From an uncultured virus (IMG/VR IMGVR_UViG_3300037400_004847) (taxonomy: Duplodnaviria; Heunggongvirae; Uroviricota; Caudoviricetes): DNA of 20,000 nucleotides. Each line of letters opens with the position of its first letter. Within the stretch, counting starts at the first letter, position 1. Positions 1 through 9,572 of the stretch are shown here, one piece after another. Position numbers and translations under genes: made by a program. Location: IMG/VR virus record IMGVR_UViG_3300037400_004847, one strand, 5' to 3'. The notes beneath the pieces were generated by a model that saw nothing but the letters and a program-made list of their open reading frames with translations, ran no database searches and was not told where the DNA came from.

Positions 1-2019
1 GTCAATGCATTCATCACAGTCTTTTACATATATATTCCATCCATTAGCCATATCGAGTGTAGGTAACCATGTTGATGGAATACAATCCATGAGATTCCAT
101 CCATCATTCAAAAACCCATCAAGTTGTTCATCAGTAACACATTGTATATATGTATAGGATGGGTTACTGACTCTTTCAATATAAAAACAAATATGATTGA
201 GCGAAAAACCGGCGACATTAATTTTCCATTTAGTATATAACTTATCATCGCTTTGTATGAATTGTATTTCGTTGGCATAGTATCTGACTCGATTGACATT
301 TTTGATTTCCTTATGATAAGTATTATCGCTCTCATTATAACAAGTAACTTTCCAATTAAAGTGCTCTCTATTCCTATCAACTTCAACAAAATAAAATCCG
401 TTTTCCAACCTAATATTATATGCAGGATGAATTGTAAAATTTGAAGTAATGCTAACGTCACTTTTCCTGACAAATGATAAAGTAAAATTACTATTTGACA
501 ATTGAGAAGAGGAAACATTACCTATAAGTATACTATTATCAGTAACAATTTTCTTGGTCGATTGAAGATAATATAACTGTTTATTTGCAATACTTGAGGT
601 TAATTCATTATTAATGTATTCAGAGTTGTTTCCACTGCTTATTATTATTTTATCTTGATTAGAAAACGTCAAAGAAGTTGAAATACGTTTTGAATTATTA
701 ACATTTATATTACTAAATGTTATGGTATCAGTTATTATAGTAGGTTCTCCGCCTTCTTCTATTGATTCAATTACTTTATGGCCTATAATATTGAAACTCA
801 CATTTGTTGTGGTTGTTTCGTCTGAATATTCTCTAAGATTGTTAGAAACATCTAAATCATAGTCAGTCCCATCAACAGTCAATAACAAATGTCTAACACC
901 ATTATTTGAAAAATAGACTGGGGTAACGCTTTGACGTATTTCCGGCGTAAATTCATTTCCATTACATTCATAAGTGTACCCTTCCAATAAAATAACATTA
1001 TCTAACGTCTGTTTCCCGTCATTCAAGGCTACATTTATGTCAGTGCCGTTATATACTAAACCATCTGTACTATTGTATTTAAACCCATAGCCTGTTGAAT
1101 GGATGATAACGTTGCTTGTATGCTCTGCTTTTCTCAACAATGAATTATCACCATCACTGCATTCATACCGGTTGTCATCAACATAGATTGACCCTTCATT
1201 TTTGTCGTATCTTTGTATTGATACAGTGCCTGACATTGGTTTATTATTATAGCCAATGTCAGGAATAGACAAAGTATTTTCCTCAACAAGTTCGATGTTG
1301 TTTATTTTTAATGAAGAAGGTGAAATTATTTTTCCGATTGTTTCATTTTTTGCCAATGCGAAATCAGTAACTTTTTCCTTTACCGTTCTTGTGCCAGATT
1401 GAGTTTTTTCTATAAAATTACGGTTAACAAGGTCATAACTCTTTATATTTTTACCGTTAATTGTATAATTCTGGTTTGATTCTAACAGAAAACGTAACAC
1501 ATTGTTCCTTTCTTTTTCTTCATTTGTTAATGTATGTATAAAGTCAACTTCAAATGGATTGTTAATATAATGATACCCTTCAAGCACGTCAAATCCTCCT
1601 TCTGTGTTTGGAACATATACGTTATTATCTGAAAGCGTAACAGTTGGCGGAAAATTTCTTATGATATTTGTAATAGAAGAATTAACAAGTTCCACGGCAG
1701 AACCATAATATGCAAAATCACGTATATCATTACTTGAAATATTAACTTTTACATTGTTTACGTCATCACTTGCTGATTTTACGTCATCATAATCCCAATG
1801 TGCAACCCATTTTCCATAATTATGTTTTTTTTTGTAAGATGGATATGAGTTGTCAGTAAAAAGAAAATTAGTATCAGAATAATAAGGCTTTTTACCTTTT
1901 TCAATTTGATGCTGTCCGCCAGTCGTTACCCAGTCCCTAACAAGTATTCTTCCTTTATTAGTGACCTGGTGTGTCTTACTTAAAACATAATTACTATGTA
2001 TTTTACTATATCTTCCCAT
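1..2019 (-). CDS. Large putative virion structural (baseplate/tail) protein, 3'-truncated by the window edge (>=673 aa; MGRYSKIHSNYVLSKTHQVTNKGRILVRDW...DIRDFAYYGSAVELVNSSI...DCDECID)
   Basis: Not in the ORF track. I read this frame codon by codon and found no stop from the ATG at 2019 to base 1. The ATG overlaps the TAA of the 303-aa gene (TAATG). Function is inferred from context only. Confidence 0.9.
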   Translation of the reverse strand, partial: MGRYSKIHSNYVLSKTHQVTNKGRILVRDWVTTGGQHQIEKGKKPYYSDTNFLFTDNSYPSYKKKHNYGKWVAHWDYDDVKSASDDVNNVKVNISSNDIRDFAYYGSAVELVNSSITNIIRNFPPTVTLSDNNVYVPNTEGGFDVLEGYHYINNPFEVDFIHTLTNEEKERNNVLRFLLESNQNYTINGKNIKSYDLVNRNFIEKTQSGTRTVKEKVTDFALAKNETIGKIISPSSLKINNIELVEENTLSIPDIGYNNKPMSGTVSIQRYDKNEGSIYVDDNRYECSDGDNSLLRKAEHTSNVIIHSTGYGFKYNSTDGLVYNGTDINVALNDGKQTLDNVILLEGYTYECNGNEFTPEIRQSVTPVYFSNNGVRHLLLTVDGTDYDLDVSNNLREYSDETTTTNVSFNIIGHKVIESIEEGGEPTIITDTITFSNINVNNSKRISTSLTFSNQDKIIISSGNNSEYINNELTSSIANKQLYYLQSTKKIVTDNSILIGNVSSSQLSNSNFTLSFVRKSDVSITSNFTIHPAYNIRLENGFYFVEVDRNREHFNWKVTCYNESDNTYHKEIKNVNRVRYYANEIQFIQSDDKLYTKWKINVAGFSLNHICFYIERVSNPSYTYIQCVTDEQLDGFLNDGWNLMDCIPSTWLPTLDMANGWNIYVKDCDECID

Positions 2020-2930
2020 TATACTTCAATCAAGTCATTTATATCAAGTTCATTATCTATATTATCACTCCTATCAAATTTCGTCTCAGCAACGCTATTT
2101 TTAGTATAGTTGTCCTTAATAGTAGAAAACTCGTATTGTTTATAAACTTCATTGTCAAAATTGTAGTGAGTCATTAAGCCCTTATCCAAATTCCTGATGA
2201 CATTTCCTTCAGACATTATACTTAAAGTCTCAATATCGTGGTCAACCATTTCAAGTTCAATCATAACCGGGTCAAACTTTGTATTAGTGATTACAATTTT
2301 TTGATTCGGTGTTCCTATATATGGTTTGGAATTACTTTTAAAACTCGGACTGGTTGATGGTGTAAGAGTCATAAAGCATAAACTACCGCTTCCATTAAAC
2401 CTATAGCCATTTGCATTTGTGTTAGCAGACGTAAGATTTTGAGAAACCGGTTCACACATATTATTACTCGTAATAAGTCTATAATACTGTTGTCTTCTCA
2501 AGCCACTGCCCTCATATTCAAAATATTCGACACGATAGCCAACAAGTTTATCGGCTGCAAATAATGTCTGATTTTCTACTTCATTCATATCTATAACGAT
2601 ACCCTTTACATCAGGATATGCCGCCAATGAACCAACATCTTTAATTATACATCTTATTTCTTTAGGCTTAATATAAATTGTGTAGATACCTTTTTTACCA
2701 AATAAGGAAACCGGTAAATTAAGATTATACATACCAGGTAAACGCATATCAGTCTCATCAGTATTCTCAAATTCAGAGTTTGAAAAAATAGATGAAACAT
2801 CAGAAATTTTTTTAAATTGCTTAAAAGATGTATCCTCACTGCTTCTCGATGGTCTGTAATGATAGAAAACATCAACGTCTTGTGATGGGTCAACGAGCGC
2901 ACTTTTTACTATACCATAGGTACTGTTCAT
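2019..2930 (-). CDS. Hypothetical phage protein, 303 aa, probably structural
   Basis: Long ORF, co-oriented with the operon, TAATG-coupled to the next gene. No recognisable catalytic motif. Confidence 0.85.
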   Translation of the reverse strand: MNSTYGIVKSALVDPSQDVDVFYHYRPSRSSEDTSFKQFKKISDVSSIFSNSEFENTDETDMRLPGMYNLNLPVSLFGKKGIYTIYIKPKEIRCIIKDVGSLAAYPDVKGIVIDMNEVENQTLFAADKLVGYRVEYFEYEGSGLRRQQYYRLITSNNMCEPVSQNLTSANTNANGYRFNGSGSLCFMTLTPSTSPSFKSNSKPYIGTPNQKIVITNTKFDPVMIELEMVDHDIETLSIMSEGNVIRNLDKGLMTHYNFDNEVYKQYEFSTIKDNYTKNSVAETKFDRSDNIDNELDINDLIEV

Positions 2931-2952
2931 TTATCTTGTATGTATATTTATT

Positions 2953-2981
2953 AATTTATGTTATATTGTCTGTTTTGTCAA
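2953..2981 (-). promoter_or_regulatory. Possible sigma70-type promoter TTGACA-N17-TAAATT upstream of the 303-aa gene
   Basis: Perfect -35 hexamer (plus 2976-2981), 17-nt spacer and 4/6 -10 match (2953-2958) in the 54-nt gap. AT-rich context makes a chance match plausible. Confidence 0.3.
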
Positions 2982-2984
2982 AGT

Positions 2985-4763
2985 TTAATTAACTTTCTGA
3001 ATATTAAAGAAAGAATTGTTGGAATAATTCTCCATATCTTCCATAGTCTTAACTTCAGCAAGTTTCAAATGCCTTTCAAAAGCGGCATAATTACCTCGGT
3101 CTATTCGTACATCCTTTTCTAAAATAGGTTTATATGTTATTCCATTTAGATAATCTGTCTTAAACGTATCTGCGAATAAATAGTCAGTTTCATTTTTTAT
3201 CAACACTTCATAGTCACTTTTTACATAAGGAATACTTACTATCTGTGTATCTAATCGTTTGTCATAATAAACGGTAGAATCTATTGTGTTAAATGCATAT
3301 TTGTTAAAATCAACATAAGTTTCATTGGCATCTGAAACATAATCTTCAAAGGTTATTCCGGTAATTTCTCCTTTTATAAGTTTATCAAGTTCACTATTCT
3401 CTTCATAATTATATACTTCGACATATTTTACACCATGATATTTATCTGTCTTGTCGATATAAAAGCCATCAAATATATATAATTTATTACCATCATCATC
3501 TACTTTTTCACGTGCTGAATTCGCTTTTAAATGCACATTGATATAATATGTAAATGTAATTGTCCTGTTATTTTGGTCAGCTTCTATATTATCAATAACA
3601 TTACCATAAGCGGCAAGATTATTCACATCAGTTGCGGCCTTCAAATTATCATTTTCAAGTTCGTTAATATCTACAATATTACCCAAATTATCATTTACTG
3701 TCGTATAATTTATTACAATTCCTTTTCTATAATAATAAAGCCAATCTTCATTATCACCAGGTCTTTCTTCTTTATCTTGACCATTTATATATTGCTTAAA
3801 TCTTCTTAATGACCTTAACTTACTATCGGAATTTCCTTTTAATTGATAATCGGTTCCTCCATTTGGATTTATTTTAGTTTGAGGTATAAGTTCGAACTTG
3901 GTATTATCAAATTCAAATCTCATTGTCTCTTTATTGTATATGTCATGATTAGTCTCTGCACATCTATAAGTACGCCCATTATATGTATATAGTTCTCCGG
4001 CAAAATGTTCATCACCACCGGTCCACTCATTCAAATAACAAGACAAGTAACCAATATCGTGTATAGACTGATTTAAAACAACGTTTAACTTTAACATTAA
4101 ATTGTCTTTCTGTGTATAACTATAATATTCATCAGCAATAGTTTCGGCCTGACTTATTAAAATTTTTAATTTGTTATACATTACAGTACCACCCATTCTT
4201 CTGTATTTCATGCACAAACAACAAATATCGCCATCTAACACATTTACGTCGAAAGTATTATCGCCGCCAGTATAATAGTCATATACGACTTTCATCTTAG
4301 AGTATTGGTTGAACAGATTTCTTGCATTTGCTAAATAGATATAATGCGGAACCATGTCATTATTTTCCTCATCCAAACCAAGTGCATTGAAATCTATCTC
4401 TACCTTTCCAATGGCATCATCAATAAATGATATGAAACTACTATCATCAACGCCCTCTTTAAACGGATAACCCCTATATTCATAATAATAGTTTATTAAT
4501 GTACGATATGAATATGTTTCATTACTTTTCAAAACATATTTTTGGTTTTCTGGGTCTTCACTATCATCAAGTTTCTTTATATAAAGACATATATTGTTTG
4601 GTAACTTAATATTCTCAATAATTTTACCGTAACAGCCTTGTGGTGAATCCGTTGCCTTGTGTAATTTAAATTCGCCGGCATCATTTTCCTCTATATAAGC
4701 AAATAAAGCAGGAATACGTGATTTTAATTCTTCCCTACAAATAGTTTTCTGTATTTTTATCAT
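2985..4763 (-). CDS. Putative tail/baseplate protein, 592 aa, with an internal CBM5/12-like motif
   Basis: Long acidic ORF starting 1 nt after the upstream stop. EWTGGDEHFAGELYTYNGRTYRC resembles the CBM5/12 pattern W-x5-Y-x2-G-D-x-V-x-Y-x-G-x2-Y-x-C. Confidence 0.85.
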   Translation of the reverse strand: MIKIQKTICREELKSRIPALFAYIEENDAGEFKLHKATDSPQGCYGKIIENIKLPNNICLYIKKLDDSEDPENQKYVLKSNETYSYRTLINYYYEYRGYPFKEGVDDSSFISFIDDAIGKVEIDFNALGLDEENNDMVPHYIYLANARNLFNQYSKMKVVYDYYTGGDNTFDVNVLDGDICCLCMKYRRMGGTVMYNKLKILISQAETIADEYYSYTQKDNLMLKLNVVLNQSIHDIGYLSCYLNEWTGGDEHFAGELYTYNGRTYRCAETNHDIYNKETMRFEFDNTKFELIPQTKINPNGGTDYQLKGNSDSKLRSLRRFKQYINGQDKEERPGDNEDWLYYYRKGIVINYTTVNDNLGNIVDINELENDNLKAATDVNNLAAYGNVIDNIEADQNNRTITFTYYINVHLKANSAREKVDDDGNKLYIFDGFYIDKTDKYHGVKYVEVYNYEENSELDKLIKGEITGITFEDYVSDANETYVDFNKYAFNTIDSTVYYDKRLDTQIVSIPYVKSDYEVLIKNETDYLFADTFKTDYLNGITYKPILEKDVRIDRGNYAAFERHLKLAEVKTMEDMENYSNNSFFNIQKVN

Positions 4764-4764
4764 T

Positions 4765-6588
4765 TTACACTATTTTCGCTTCATATAAATTTATTGTTAT
4801 GGCATTATCTTCAAAATGAACACCACCATTATTAACATTTGTACCATAAAATTCATCATCAAGATAATAAACATGACGTTTAGGTTTAGATAACTTATCG
4901 TATTTATACTTGAAATGTATGTATGAATATTTCAAATATTGCTGAATGCCATAAGGGCCGTCTGTACCGCTTTCATTTTTCCAATCTGCAAGTATTTCCT
5001 CAAAAGTTTTAATACCTTTTTTACTTGGCCATTTCTTATTATCCCAGAATGGCATCATAAATGGTATCGTTCTACCATATCCAGCATGATTAAACTCGAC
5101 TTTCATGTAGATATCTTGTGGTACAGTTCCAAGAAAATTATCTTTCCATAAATAAAGATAAAATCCTTCACTTGAAGCATCAGACATATACTTGTCTTCG
5201 ACAACTAATTGCGAACTAAGTCTTACGGATTCCACATCATCCATATCTGTATTACTATCAATATCTTTTCTCTTTGATGTTTTTGTTGGTTCTCTATCAA
5301 CTTTTATACCAGTTAAATTTTCTTTTACAATATAAGTACCAGTATCATCAGGGTCTTTACTAATCCTTTTATATCCTTCTGTCTCAATATATCTTGCATA
5401 TTTACTGAAATAACTACCGCTATCCATGAAAATCGTATAATATGCAAGCATATTTTGATTGGTTGGATTCATAGAATCAAAAAACATGACTCTTAAAAAC
5501 GATTTTTTTAGTTTATTTTTCTGATAGCGTACATCTTTGTCAGTAAAATTCAAATATGTAAGCAAATCAGATTGATATTCCTCTTTACCGTCTTTATCAG
5601 TAGTAAAATAACCGTTAATAAACCCTAAATTATCAGGATTTTCAGAATTTACGCCATTCCAATATGTATCTGCTTCTGCAAGCCAATCATCACCTCTATG
5701 TTCTCTAAAATGTAAATTAAATCTTATTTTATAAACTTCATCTTTGAATTTATCCTTTTCTGAATCCCATATAACAGGATGATACACGTCTTTTTCCATC
5801 TCGACAATCTTATTGATTGCTTTTTTGGCCTCCACATCGGTAAAATTCTCTCTTATAGCATCATCTTGATACAAATCAGTTGCAAATTTCTGAAAAACCG
5901 GTATTTTTATCGTTGCCATTGGTCTATCAAGGTACAAACTAAACATACCGACCGTAAAGACAAAATTATCACGGAAAAATCGCACTCTTGATAAGTCACT
6001 TACTTGTTGGTCATCCTCTTTATAAAAAATAATATTTTCAAGATTATCAATTCCTTGTAAAACACTATACGGAAATCTTATAATTGAACTTGTAACATAT
6101 TCATCAGGTCCAATAGACAACTCTTCCGGATTATCTTCTTCATAGCCATTCGGTCCATCAAATGTGATATACAATTTATAAGTTTTACCACCACTTACAT
6201 CAAATAAATGACTTCCATCAAACCATAAATACCACCATTCATTATCTTCATCATCGGTTAAAATCTCTGTTTTTGTTACAGCAAGGTCAAAATACTTGTC
6301 GAACATGATAGAAAATGACCGGTTCTCTTTGTTCACACCTATTGGGTGATAAATAGTATTAAAATCATATGCCGTAGCCGATATAAAGTCATCATTGACC
6401 ATATACTGTTCATACATAGCCATTATTTTCGCGTCTTTATCAAATGTAATTTCATTGTCAGAATAACAAACAAGCAACAATTTGTCCTTAAAATTATCAC
6501 CCAACATTTGTTCAGTATGATAATCAGATAGCTCAATTGGAACAAGGTCATTTCTGACAAACTTTGTATTTAATTGGTATTTTAACAT
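4765..6588 (-). CDS. Hypothetical phage protein, 607 aa, probably structural
   Basis: Long acidic, aromatic-rich ORF. Its start overlaps the end of the 942-aa gene by 7 nt. Confidence 0.85.
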   Translation of the reverse strand: MLKYQLNTKFVRNDLVPIELSDYHTEQMLGDNFKDKLLLVCYSDNEITFDKDAKIMAMYEQYMVNDDFISATAYDFNTIYHPIGVNKENRSFSIMFDKYFDLAVTKTEILTDDEDNEWWYLWFDGSHLFDVSGGKTYKLYITFDGPNGYEEDNPEELSIGPDEYVTSSIIRFPYSVLQGIDNLENIIFYKEDDQQVSDLSRVRFFRDNFVFTVGMFSLYLDRPMATIKIPVFQKFATDLYQDDAIRENFTDVEAKKAINKIVEMEKDVYHPVIWDSEKDKFKDEVYKIRFNLHFREHRGDDWLAEADTYWNGVNSENPDNLGFINGYFTTDKDGKEEYQSDLLTYLNFTDKDVRYQKNKLKKSFLRVMFFDSMNPTNQNMLAYYTIFMDSGSYFSKYARYIETEGYKRISKDPDDTGTYIVKENLTGIKVDREPTKTSKRKDIDSNTDMDDVESVRLSSQLVVEDKYMSDASSEGFYLYLWKDNFLGTVPQDIYMKVEFNHAGYGRTIPFMMPFWDNKKWPSKKGIKTFEEILADWKNESGTDGPYGIQQYLKYSYIHFKYKYDKLSKPKRHVYYLDDEFYGTNVNNGGVHFEDNAITINLYEAKIV

Positions 6589-9410
6589 ATGATTTCCTTT
6601 TCTTCTTTATAGATATAATTAGACTCAGGTTTGATATTTCCGGGTATATCATTAGGAAAACCATCCTTACAATACAATCCATTCCATCCTTGTGGGTCTT
6701 GTCTTCTCAAAAAGAAATTTATTTCTTTTGTGATATAAAAAGCATCGTTAGCATAAGCATATTCTGGTAAATCTTTTATATTCATATCCCCAACCCTTAA
6801 TACATTTCTCCACAAATACTTGTTCTTTCCTACTTTTTCAGCATACAATGGTATTTCCTCATTTTTCCTTCTAAAAAATAGTTCTGCTTCTTTATTATTA
6901 TTCGGATTTTCATTATTAATATGAGGGACAGATAGATTACATACATCCAACCAGTTAAGTCCACTCACTTCATTGAATTTCTGCCAAGGATTACCCTCTT
7001 TTACATATGGAGTAACATAGAATGATACGCTGTTCTCCACATACGTTACAACAAAATCGTATATTTTATCATTTTTATCATCAAACAGATAAATTAAATC
7101 ACCTTTATTTACACCACTTCTTCTTTTTGTTGTAATTCTGATATATATCCCGTCTGCTTGAACCGGTGTAATAGTATTTATGCTAATATCAAAATGTTGT
7201 CCTTGCACAATTTCTCCAAATTCTCTTAATGGAATACGATAATGTGGCTGATAAAAATATCCTTCACCTCTCGACATCGCTCTTCCATCAGTGCCTTCCC
7301 ATAATTTCACGGAAAAATATCCATCCTGTATATCGTCAGATGTTATATTTGTCGGAGTAGCGTCCCAATCATCAGACCATATCTCATGGTATTTTATATT
7401 TTCATCCATCTTATATTCCCTTTGGACTGTATTAAAACGATGCATAAATGATTGTATTGGTTTTTCAATACATTCATTAGGATTAAAGTCAACAATATCA
7501 CCTAAAAATACATCTGTATCTCTTATATCAATATCATTTTCAAAAGGAGATGAATCATTATAAAGCATACATACATCACCACATGTTTGTCTTTTATTAG
7601 CAATAGTATCTCCACCTTTTATATATTCAGCATTATTATCGCCTTTCTTTTGAGAAAATAGCAAACCTTCAGAAATTTTCCCAAAACAATGTGAAAAATA
7701 GACATCAGATGAAGTACGTTCTGGATTATTACTATACCATTTATCATGTCCATAATTTGTTTTTACAACTGTAGCGTATATTTCTGTAATAGGACACCCC
7801 CTTGCATCTACAAGATTATCAATATCAATGGTATCTGTAAATGTTATTTGTGTACTTTCATCGTTATATATAGTAGATTCAAATGCTAATTTATATTGTT
7901 CTTTATCAAAAAGAATCATTTTACCATTTTCTTTAGCATTACCTTCAATATATTCATCAATTGTCATACTTCCATCTTTCGGAAAATTCAGTTCTGCAAA
8001 CTTGAAATTAGGTAATTTTTTAAATCTTCTTATATAATATTTTGATGGTACATTTCCAACGACCCTCGCAAAACGATATTCTCTATTATCATCCACTTTT
8101 ATCTCATTATCGGGTATTTCATCAAGAGAATCATCCAACAAACGAATAAAATCCATATCATTTATATAAAAATAATATTCTTTTTCTTCATTTTCCAGAT
8201 TTCCCGTATTTTTTACTCTAAAGTCTTTTTCATATTGATACCATTTATTTCCATCTGTATAATAAAATCTAACATTATCGCCACGTTTTAAACCATGTTT
8301 TGTCATACTTCTAAATAAAATAATGGTTTCTCCACTTGGTCCCATAGTACGCTTTGCTGATAATACAGTTAATGCATTTCGATTTGCAATTAAATTGTTT
8401 CCTTGCTCATCTTGTCCAACAATTGCTTCAAAATTTTCAACAATGTCATAACCATTTGTCTTTTCATAAGGATACGTAAGAATAATTTCCCAATTATATT
8501 CTTCACGATGTCTATACTTATTATACTTCGGGTTAAACGAATATAAACTACGGTCAGGATACATATCGATAAACTCGCATGATTTATGGTCATTTAATAC
8601 ACGGCCAATGTTAAGTTCATTAAATGTTTCATCATTATCACCCCTATTAGGGTCACGCGACTGTATAGATGATGTATTAATGAATCCGTACCAACCATTT
8701 TCTTCGGTAAGATTTGCATTTATTGAATCGCCATTAGCAAATTCTAAAATATCATTATAATCATATAAATGTCTTTTAAGTGGATTACTTGGTGCAGAAA
8801 ACAGTTCTTCTCTTCTCTTATATTCAACATCTGCTCCATCTGTATATCTTTGTCTGTCTGCTATAGTATTAAAGACATCAGTACCGCTTCCAAATGAACC
8901 TGACGGTTTATTTACAATTTTAAATGATTTATTTCTTAAAATATGGTTATCAAAAATATCAAAACCAGGATGATAAACATAATATTCATCTGTTATTGTT
9001 ATACCATTTTTATCTGTACTGTCTTCGGCACAACCAGGTCTTGTGTATTCAGTATTCATAATCATACCAATACGATTAGGATTAGTACGACGATATACAT
9101 TACTAAGTTTAGACGGTTCATTATCATCTGAAACAACGGCATCGCACAAATCAGACCCTTCAGCGTAAACCATTTCGGTGAACGTATTAAATAGTACATT
9201 TGTACAATACGGATTAATCGTCGTAATTAATCTGTATTTATTGCAACTTTCCCTTTCGACCTTAAATTGTTCATACTGGTCAATAGTTGTTTTAATATCT
9301 GTAAAATGAGCCAGCTTAGATGTGTTTTTAAGTTCAACATCCAAGAAATTTTGTTTGTCAATTGAATTGACCGAATCTGTATGTCCTAATCTAATCTGAA
9401 TATTGTTCAT
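6582..9410 (-). CDS. Putative tail/baseplate protein, 942 aa
   Basis: Long ORF in the structural operon, with two related short motifs (TKHGLKRGDNVRF; TKRRSGVNKGDLIYL). Confidence 0.85.
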   Translation of the reverse strand: MNNIQIRLGHTDSVNSIDKQNFLDVELKNTSKLAHFTDIKTTIDQYEQFKVERESCNKYRLITTINPYCTNVLFNTFTEMVYAEGSDLCDAVVSDDNEPSKLSNVYRRTNPNRIGMIMNTEYTRPGCAEDSTDKNGITITDEYYVYHPGFDIFDNHILRNKSFKIVNKPSGSFGSGTDVFNTIADRQRYTDGADVEYKRREELFSAPSNPLKRHLYDYNDILEFANGDSINANLTEENGWYGFINTSSIQSRDPNRGDNDETFNELNIGRVLNDHKSCEFIDMYPDRSLYSFNPKYNKYRHREEYNWEIILTYPYEKTNGYDIVENFEAIVGQDEQGNNLIANRNALTVLSAKRTMGPSGETIILFRSMTKHGLKRGDNVRFYYTDGNKWYQYEKDFRVKNTGNLENEEKEYYFYINDMDFIRLLDDSLDEIPDNEIKVDDNREYRFARVVGNVPSKYYIRRFKKLPNFKFAELNFPKDGSMTIDEYIEGNAKENGKMILFDKEQYKLAFESTIYNDESTQITFTDTIDIDNLVDARGCPITEIYATVVKTNYGHDKWYSNNPERTSSDVYFSHCFGKISEGLLFSQKKGDNNAEYIKGGDTIANKRQTCGDVCMLYNDSSPFENDIDIRDTDVFLGDIVDFNPNECIEKPIQSFMHRFNTVQREYKMDENIKYHEIWSDDWDATPTNITSDDIQDGYFSVKLWEGTDGRAMSRGEGYFYQPHYRIPLREFGEIVQGQHFDISINTITPVQADGIYIRITTKRRSGVNKGDLIYLFDDKNDKIYDFVVTYVENSVSFYVTPYVKEGNPWQKFNEVSGLNWLDVCNLSVPHINNENPNNNKEAELFFRRKNEEIPLYAEKVGKNKYLWRNVLRVGDMNIKDLPEYAYANDAFYITKEINFFLRRQDPQGWNGLYCKDGFPNDIPGNIKPESNYIYKEEKEIIC

Positions 9411-9572
9411 TATGGATTTTGTTTAAATTCATATCTCATAAAAATTGTTTGTTCTGCACTGAAACCATCTAAATAACATTGGCCACGAAACAAAAACATC
9501 ACCTTCCCTTGGTTGACCACTTATATTTTGTTGAACATTGGCATTTATTTTATTTACATAATTAAATGTTAT
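9410..9572 (-). pseudogene. Possible degenerate coding relic after the giant gene; includes a 29-aa ORF at 9410-9499 (MFLFRGQCYLDGFSAEQTIFMRYEFKQNP)
   Basis: The 29-aa ORF is in frame with the 2190-aa gene and its TAA overlaps the ATG of the 942-aa gene. An adjacent frame reads ITFNYVNKINANVQQNISGQPREGDV. Confidence 0.35.

Noticed and set aside
1825..1833. A9 homopolymer on the coding strand (TAC AAA AAA AAA CAT) as a phase-variation or frameshift site
   Set aside because: The frame is intact (KKK), such runs are expected in AT-rich DNA, and I saw no stimulatory structure.
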